From NCBI GenBank assembly GCA_021613535.1, contig CP075497.1:5270001-5334000 (forward strand): DNA of 64,000 nucleotides. Reading direction: 5' to 3'. The translations under genes were made by a program, and so were the position numbers. Shown here piece by piece: positions 51,992 to 64,000 of this stretch. How positions within the stretch are numbered: the stretch's first letter is position 1; every line of letters starts with the position of its first letter. The DNA is from Adineta vaga. Lineage: Eukaryota > Animalia > Rotifera. The notes under the pieces were generated by a model, which was not told where the DNA came from, did not search any database, and worked only from the letters and a program-made list of their open reading frames with translations.

Positions 51992-52544
51992 TGTTTTGCG
52001 TTTGTTGTTTTTTCAAATAAAATGATGCAAAAGTTGGATATTGATGTCGTTCGTAAAAATGATTTGATGAATCATAGAATATTTTTATAAACCAATTGAT
52101 GAAAGGAGATTTTCATCCATTGCCCATCATCTGCAAAAATAAATTTACTTTAAAAAAAATTCCAACTTAAAATATAATTCCAACTATTTTCTTTTATTTT
52201 GTTCGATTTATATGACTAACAACGACATCTTCATCACTATTTTTCTTCTTTTCTCCCTCTATATAGATATCTATCATCATACCCTTCACGTACGCACGTC
52301 GACTATATAGCTGTGTGTAAACCTTTCTATCGTCATCCATCATTATTGCACATTTATTTCTTTTTCTTTTACCAATCGAGAGCTTTCATGTAATAAAAAT
52401 GCCTACAAAACGTTACCATAGTCTCCAATAAAAATAAACTCGTTGAGAATGAACGAAGAATACGAATCGAGTTGAAAAAAAAATGAAAAAAAAAAGATGT
52501 ATACAAAAGAACTTAGTAACGTTTATTTTTAATTTCTAGATTAC
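51992..52544. promoter_or_regulatory. Short divergent (bidirectional) promoter region between TMA7 and PP1
   Basis: Head-to-head start codons ~550 nt apart; contains CACGTACGCACGTCGAC and TATATA elements. Confidence 0.5.
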
Positions 52545-54137
<1,593 letters not shown>

Positions 54138-56258
54138 TAAAACACTGATAAAAGAAGAAAATGATATTTGTTTATTTGTTCCTTTCATTGATTATGTATA
54201 TAGAAAAAACAAGCGAATTGGTAAAGTTTATTTTGCTCATATTCATTCGAATCATGTAATGATATTTTGATTGTCTCTCATACCGTAACTAAATATAAAC
54301 GAAAGAGAGAAAGAGAAATGATTAGTGAGCATAACTTGATTTATTTTATTCTTCAATAATGTCTATCTTCGATCGATAGCATTATCATTGTTATACTATT
54401 ATTATTATTTACCTCTATTCTCCCAGTGTCTGTTTTCTTTTTCTAGTATAATTCATATATAAAGAAAAGAATTGTTTTTCGACATCATTTATTGCGTTTT
54501 TGTGTCTTCTTTGTTTACCATATGTCTTGTTATCATTCATTTTTCTCAAAAAAATCTCGCTTCTTGATTTTTTTTTCTTGATTTAGAAAGTCATTTCAAT
54601 AAAAGACAAAAAAAAAGAAAAAATCTCATTCGAAATTTGTCAAAACATGAAAAGATATAATCGAAAAAAATAGAGAGACCTAGATTCATAGCAGCTTGAC
54701 ATTTAGCTTTCATCTGATGCAGTCAAAAAGCTCTCAGGAAACAGTTATAATTACCGTAGTAAACAATCTATCGTAAACATAATCTGAAGAGATACTTATA
54801 TTTAGAATAGCACTAGAACTAAATAGTTTATATCAGTTTTTTTTCTAGCATTACAAAACCAATTCGTTTAATTCACACGATATTTTGCTTGAAACAACTG
54901 AAGAATATATCGAAGAGAATTTTGATACATGTTATACCTTTTCAACTATAACTTTATTCCATTGATTTGACAAATTATAATTATATCCTTAATTTCCTTT
55001 ATGATATTCGAATGCTTATTTATAAGAATATAAACGAATCAAGATCTTAATTGCTATGATCATCCAAATGAAAAATCTTTCTTGTCCTACTGTCATGTGA
55101 TCGTTATAGAAATCAAATTTGAATTACTTTCGTATCATTAGATATTGAGTTCCGACTAATGATTTATCTCAATATTTGCAGATTGTCAAATGTACAGATG
55201 GAAGTCAATGACATCAATTGAAGGATATACGACAAGAAATATTCCGATGATATATGGCATTTATGTCAAAAATCTTTCTGATAAATGACAGTCATAAATA
55301 AACTAGATTGATTGAATCACATTGAATTTTAGGGATTATATAACGAATGTTTTTTGAGAAAATAAATAAAAATTCTTTTAAAGTAAGTAAGAATCCTTAT
55401 TTGAATGAATGTTCTAACTCTATAAAGCTTCCATTAGAATAACGAAATTGAAGCTATAATAATTTAAGTATCGAATGATGAAAGAAGACAAATATGAATC
55501 GAATAAATATGTTAATGTCAAAGAAAGCTATCATCTTCGATATGAATATATTTCGTAATGAAATTGAGCACTTTCACAAATTGAATTATCGATATAATTA
55601 TGAACAAACTTCACCATGACATTTGATAATTGTTTCCGAATGACAAGTCAAGTTCAAACAAATAAATACAAAAAAAAAGACTCATTGTTATATATATATA
55701 TATTTCTTTTTAAATTCAAAGAAGTCGTTTGCGATATTCTATAACATGACAAATAATCAAATATGTAATGTTTAATCTATATGATTAGAAAAAAAATCAA
55801 CAAACAAATTTTTACAAAAATACTCATGTACAAAGAACAAATCAGTTTGGATGATTTTTCTTCATGTATGTATGTGTATGTTTTTCTTAATAGATAATTC
55901 ACATTTTGTTAAAGCGAAGGACGTCTAAGAAGAAAAGAGAAGCACATGCATCAAACTACGCAAACAGCCCATACGCAACTAGATGAACATAAAAAACTGT
56001 TCGCAATTTTTGGTTTATGTGAACACAGAACAAGAGAGAGAGAGGAAAGGGAGAAGGAATGTTTGAAGAACTAGTGTATTAATATCAATCAATGATTGAA
56101 GACAACTTGATAGGTATCTGAGAGAGAAAGGAGGACAAAAACAAAAGAATTCTCTTTGAGATGTGTTAAAGAACGAAAGAAAGAGAGTGGAAGACAATTT
56201 TATTCACAGTGAATTTCTTAGTCTTTGTCTTTTTGATCTTGTTGATTGCGATGTTCAT

Positions 56259-59426
<3,168 letters not shown>

Positions 59427-60459
59427 GTTAATTCTTAATAGACTGGTCGAATGGTGAAGCAATCCATATACGAACGTTCATAGAGAGCGCTAGATGTTGA
59501 TCAGAACAAACAAATCACAGCTGGTATCCTTTGAAATGAATGAAAAAGAGAGGAGGAAAAGAATAGTTCTATTTCATAGGAGTATTTTTGTGATATATTT
59601 ATGGTATTGTCATTTATAAATCATGCGTAAGCGTCGAAGTAGTTTGTACATTCGAAGCTGACGTAATCGATCATCCGGATAAATGAATCGATAATGAGAA
59701 TATTTTATACGACATTATATGATGTGTTTTGTATTCATGATTGAATACATATAGTAACATATGCTTTGTAACATCTCAAAGTTGTGTAGTTCTCTCCTAG
59801 GTTAAATACTATGATTAGACACAGAGAACTAGCAATATGTTGATGACGATAATAGTTTGTCATATTGTCTTTACATCTATTCACCGTCATAGTGTATAAT
59901 TGAAATATGATGAGTGAACATATTTATTCAATTAAATGATTGATCAATACACTTACTAGACGATATTCGAATTTAATTATCTTTGACATTATTCTTCTCA
60001 ATATCATATTTAACACATAATAAAAAAACAACACTTCAACGGTTTATATGAAGAAATGATTGTACAGGAGAACATACACTTCATTCTCGTTAGTATTGCA
60101 TTTCTAATTCATAAGGTATGAATAATATAAATTTAATTCTTTAATCAATTTACTTCAGGTACATGATGTAGGTGCTGTCAAAAAAGAAAAGACCTAATCT
60201 TTATATAAGGATTTATTACATGCTTAAGTTATAAAATAAAATGTACGAAAGAGAGAGAGAAAGAGAGAGTGATGTGTAACAAGTACTTGAACTTGATCTG
60301 ATTATATCTCTTTTCTTTTCAGTTTTTTTTTCTTATGAAAATAATGAACTAAAAGTATCAATGATTTCTGTATGCAATGTTGTTTACTTGAAGAAAGAAA
60401 TACTTCCAATGTCTGGTAAAAAGATAGATATATATTGAGGAAAAAAAGCGAAGAGAAAA

Positions 60460-62730
60460 TCACTGTTTTTCATAGTTTATTTTGATCACATTGATGTGCT
60501 CTAGTACCAGTAATCTGTAAAAACAAAAGAAAGAATGAGAAAATATTCATATTCATTAGATATTCTATTTACTTGTTTAAAGCATCTTTTTTTTTATCTG
60601 CGTGGTTGTTCGGCTCGGCATATTCATCAATATTCGCTATACAAACAAAATCAACTAATTCATACAAATTATACACTGATTAGCATACGTTCAGTAAAAG
60701 TTTCACTTGTCCATTTTGGCACGTCAAGATAATTTAATATTTTATAACCGTTTTCAGTCATGTTTTTATGTATTAATCGAAATTCCACGTTGAATTGATT
60801 TGTTCTTGATAATTCAGTAGTTGTACTGTTACGACTATTACCTATAACATTTGCAGTTAATTCTAAGTTTTGTTTTATGTAAATTTTTTTATTACTAATC
60901 TGTATTGGTTCAACTAGTTGCTCAACATCAGCTCCTTCTTCTGAAATGTGAGATATTTGTTTAGCAACAATGAGATTTGCTCTAAAAATATAAGTCATAT
61001 TTTCGTTTAACAAAAAGTTGTCTAGAAAGTTTACCGAAAACATATGGGTCGAATATTCTCAATCGTGGAATCATAGTATATATCAGAGAGATGAAAAGAG
61101 TAAATATAATTTAGTCTTTCGTTGTTAACCAATGCAGCATCGAGTACTTTGCTACCAATCTTAAGCATGTCGAGTAATTCTTCCGGAAGCTATATGTTTG
61201 TATCAAATGTTATTATTTAATACTGATATTTCTCTAAAATACAAACCTGAATAATGAAATTCAGTTCACATTGATTTTTATCATTCCAATGAATGATACA
61301 ATCCTTTGGGTTTACACATTTAATTATCGTTTGAGCACGGTTCATTCGTAATTCTTTTGTGAGAGCCGAAACTAATGAGACATCGAAACAATCATTTACA
61401 TATGAAATCGATTTGTCATTACCTGAGCCAAGACAATTTGAAAAGAGAACATAATCATGTTCACCACCTGCGTTTATATTTATAGGGTTTTTCTCATTCG
61501 TCGCAAAGAACTGAATAGCAAGCCGTGGTTGATTAAGAGAATATTTATCTGCAAAAATAGTGGAACCTTCTACTTTGATATCATACTTCTCATCTGTCAA
61601 AAATAATAGAAATGAATCTATGTTTTACGTAAAGAAATCTTCATACCTGATGGATAATATTTAATTTTATTCCATTTTTCTCCGTCTATTTCGACTTCTT
61701 CAATGTTATTTCTTTGTTTTTGTACGAACAAACAACCAAGACTAATGTATTTTCAAAATATAATGTTTTTTTTAATTGTCTTGTAATCACAAAGAAACTC
61801 ACTTAATTTTATGCCAGCTATTATCAAGTTGTTGTTCAAATTTTATATGAAGACGCAATTTATCAGTACATTTCTTCTTTTGATTAAATTTAAATAAACT
61901 ATAATGATAATTATGGTGATTGCTGCTAATCATTGCCAATTCGATGTCAAACTCATCAGGCAAATCACCATACTAAAATATCTAACGTGTTTAACTAATA
62001 CTGATATTATTATAAATACATACTACTACTAAAACGGGTGGATTCCCAAAACAATCTTTCAGATCAGTATGTCGATCATTACGTGAATCTATGTAATAAG
62101 CCAATGGAAATAGGAAGCCAACAAAAATCTGATTAACTAGTGAGAAAATAATAATGTGTTTCTGATATCTAAAAAAATACATGTGATTTTACTCGCTGTC
62201 CTTGGATGATCAACAGTTGCTGATCTTTGTTTTGCTTGATGATCATTATTGAAATCTAATATTGGTCTCTTTCTTTTATTGTTCGATGGTATATTTTCTT
62301 CAAATCGATTTCCTATAATGTGAAGTGAAAATAAGTTAATTTGTCTATTTACAAGCAATAGATAAACATACCATATGTATTAGCAATCGTACTACTAGCT
62401 GTTGCAAATGTACCTGAAAATATACAGATTCATAAGAGTGAGATCAGTTATTATCATTCTTACTCTGAAAAGTTGCAGTTGTAATTGCAAGTGGTTCAGG
62501 TGCAGTTTTGAACCATGATTCATCAGATGGTTGTTCATTCGAAATTTCTTCTTCATTAAATAATTCCGAACTTATAGACGGAACTGATGAAAAGTCCTGT
62601 TGTGTTGTTACATTGCGTTGATGCTGATCACCTTTTAGATAAATAAATAAATAAATAAACGTATCGCAAATCATCAAACTAGTAATCTATTCGACTGTAC
62701 ACTTACAAACATCTTTCGTAGAATTAGCCC
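60460..62730 (-). CDS. Multi-exon uncharacterised protein, possibly with a divergent Rel-homology-like domain; start not resolved
   Basis: Chain of open exons with compatible phases at the 3' end (...HINVIKINYEKQ*); low-complexity acidic N-terminus, basic NNKRKRP motif, YSLNQPRLAIQFF. Confidence 0.55.
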
Positions 62731-63297
62731 TAAAATAGAATAATATACGCAATATAATAATGAATGATATACGTAGCAGTGCTTACATATACGTATCTCA
62801 ATATTGAGTTAGAACTTAAAATGAAGCTAAATACAGAAGACATTAGCTTAGCTTACTAAAATGCAAATACATTGGATTGGATTGAAATTTGGAAAAAAAC
62901 CGTCAGATCTTACAATGAAGAAATTGATTTGCTGTACGATAGTTATTACTCATGAGAGCTCTCAATCGATGGCGCCAGTAGAGGCCTCAATACGTTGAGC
63001 ATATAACAGAATTTTTAATTTGTTTTTCAAAAGTTTACAAATAATATCAAGCATGAAAATGAAATATAATTTATTGACTTGAAATCTTAGTAAAAAGGTG
63101 ATCAATGATTACCGACACTAAGATAATTATGTTATTGAATACATGAAAACACGTGTTAGCTATTTTTGCTTACTTGTAAGAATATTGATACTAAAGGTAA
63201 AGAGTATTGAATAGTTTCACGAGAAATAATTTTTAAAAAGATCTAAATTCGTTTGACAATATATTTATTGAATCGAAAATACATGTAATTAAAAATA

Positions 63298-63871
63298 TCA
63301 AAAGCGTTGATGTAAAACAGGATGAGTACTATGCTGTTTGATTAACCACCATATCTGACTAACAACGACACCCAAAGTTATTAAACCAACTAGACTGAAA
63401 CCAACGATAAGTAGTGTTAATGCTGGTCGTTCACTAGGTTTTACCCATTGAACCTTTTCGATGTTAGTTCGATCATAAAAGCATGTATAACTGCTATTAA
63501 CCTATATAAAAACAATAAAGATGATAACAAATTTATTTGTTACAGAAAATATTTACTTGAATTTGTAATAAACGTGGTATTTCATCGATATGAATCACAC
63601 TAGATATATATGCTCCATTAGCAATTTGATACTGAACTGCAAAATGTTCAGTATAGCATGTAGATGGATGACATCCATCACAGTTGCAATCATAGGAAAG
63701 TTTTTCGTCGGAAATATTTGAAACAAAACAAATTGTATTTGTATATACTCGTTGTTGATCTCGAATAACTCGTAGACGATGTGCACCGACTGCTCCAACA
63801 ATTAAAGCTGCTACAAAGACGATAGCAGCACATCCCAAGATGAACAAAGCACGAAGTGAGTGCAGAAACAT
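63298..63871 (-). CDS. Two-TM protein with Cys-rich extracellular loop (BK-channel beta-subunit-like topology), 2 exons
   Basis: TM1 (LFILGCAAIVFVAALIVGAVG), YTNTICFV...CNCDGC...CY, second exon VNSSYTCFYD...VQW...TM2 (LLIVGFSLVGLITLGVVV). Confidence 0.6.
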
Positions 63872-64000
63872 GTGTTAAGTAAAGTGTGTGTGTGTATGTA
63901 TGTATGGTAACAATGAGTATATTCTTTTGATTAACTACTAAATGATACAAAGCAGATTAGATATCTCGTTACGCTTGAAAGGATATGCACGTAGCGATCA

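Overview
AT-rich (roughly 70% by eye), gene-dense eukaryotic DNA with very short (~50-65 nt) GT-AG introns. Metazoan muscle and signalling genes sit beside foreign-looking genes, which suggests a bdelloid rotifer (inference). In order: acid sphingomyelinase (-), FEZ/UNC-76 (+), a small TSP1-TM protein (+), a ~20.5 kb mollusc-type twitchin (+), Rab39 (+), a secreted Cys-rich repeat protein (-), U3 snoRNA (-), two tandem antistasin-Kunitz inhibitor genes (-), nucleobindin (+), an intronless fungal-type arginase (-), a class A GPCR (-), TMA7 followed by three tightly coupled spliced microprotein ORFs (-), PP1-beta (+), CIN85/CD2AP (-), a divergent Rel-homology-like gene (-) and a 2-TM protein (-). 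The most notable item, missed by the ORF track, is 50596-51529. It is an apparently tricistronic unit (ATGA overlap, then an 11-nt spacer) encoding uMKKS1-like, Brawnin/UQCC6-like and SMIM4/UQCC5-like mitochondrial microproteins, possibly in an operon behind TMA7. Also notable: a bacterial YbaY/YscW-like domain inserted as one symmetric exon into a protease inhibitor, and an alternative first exon inside twitchin. All homology calls come from motif recognition and recalled sequences, not database searches.
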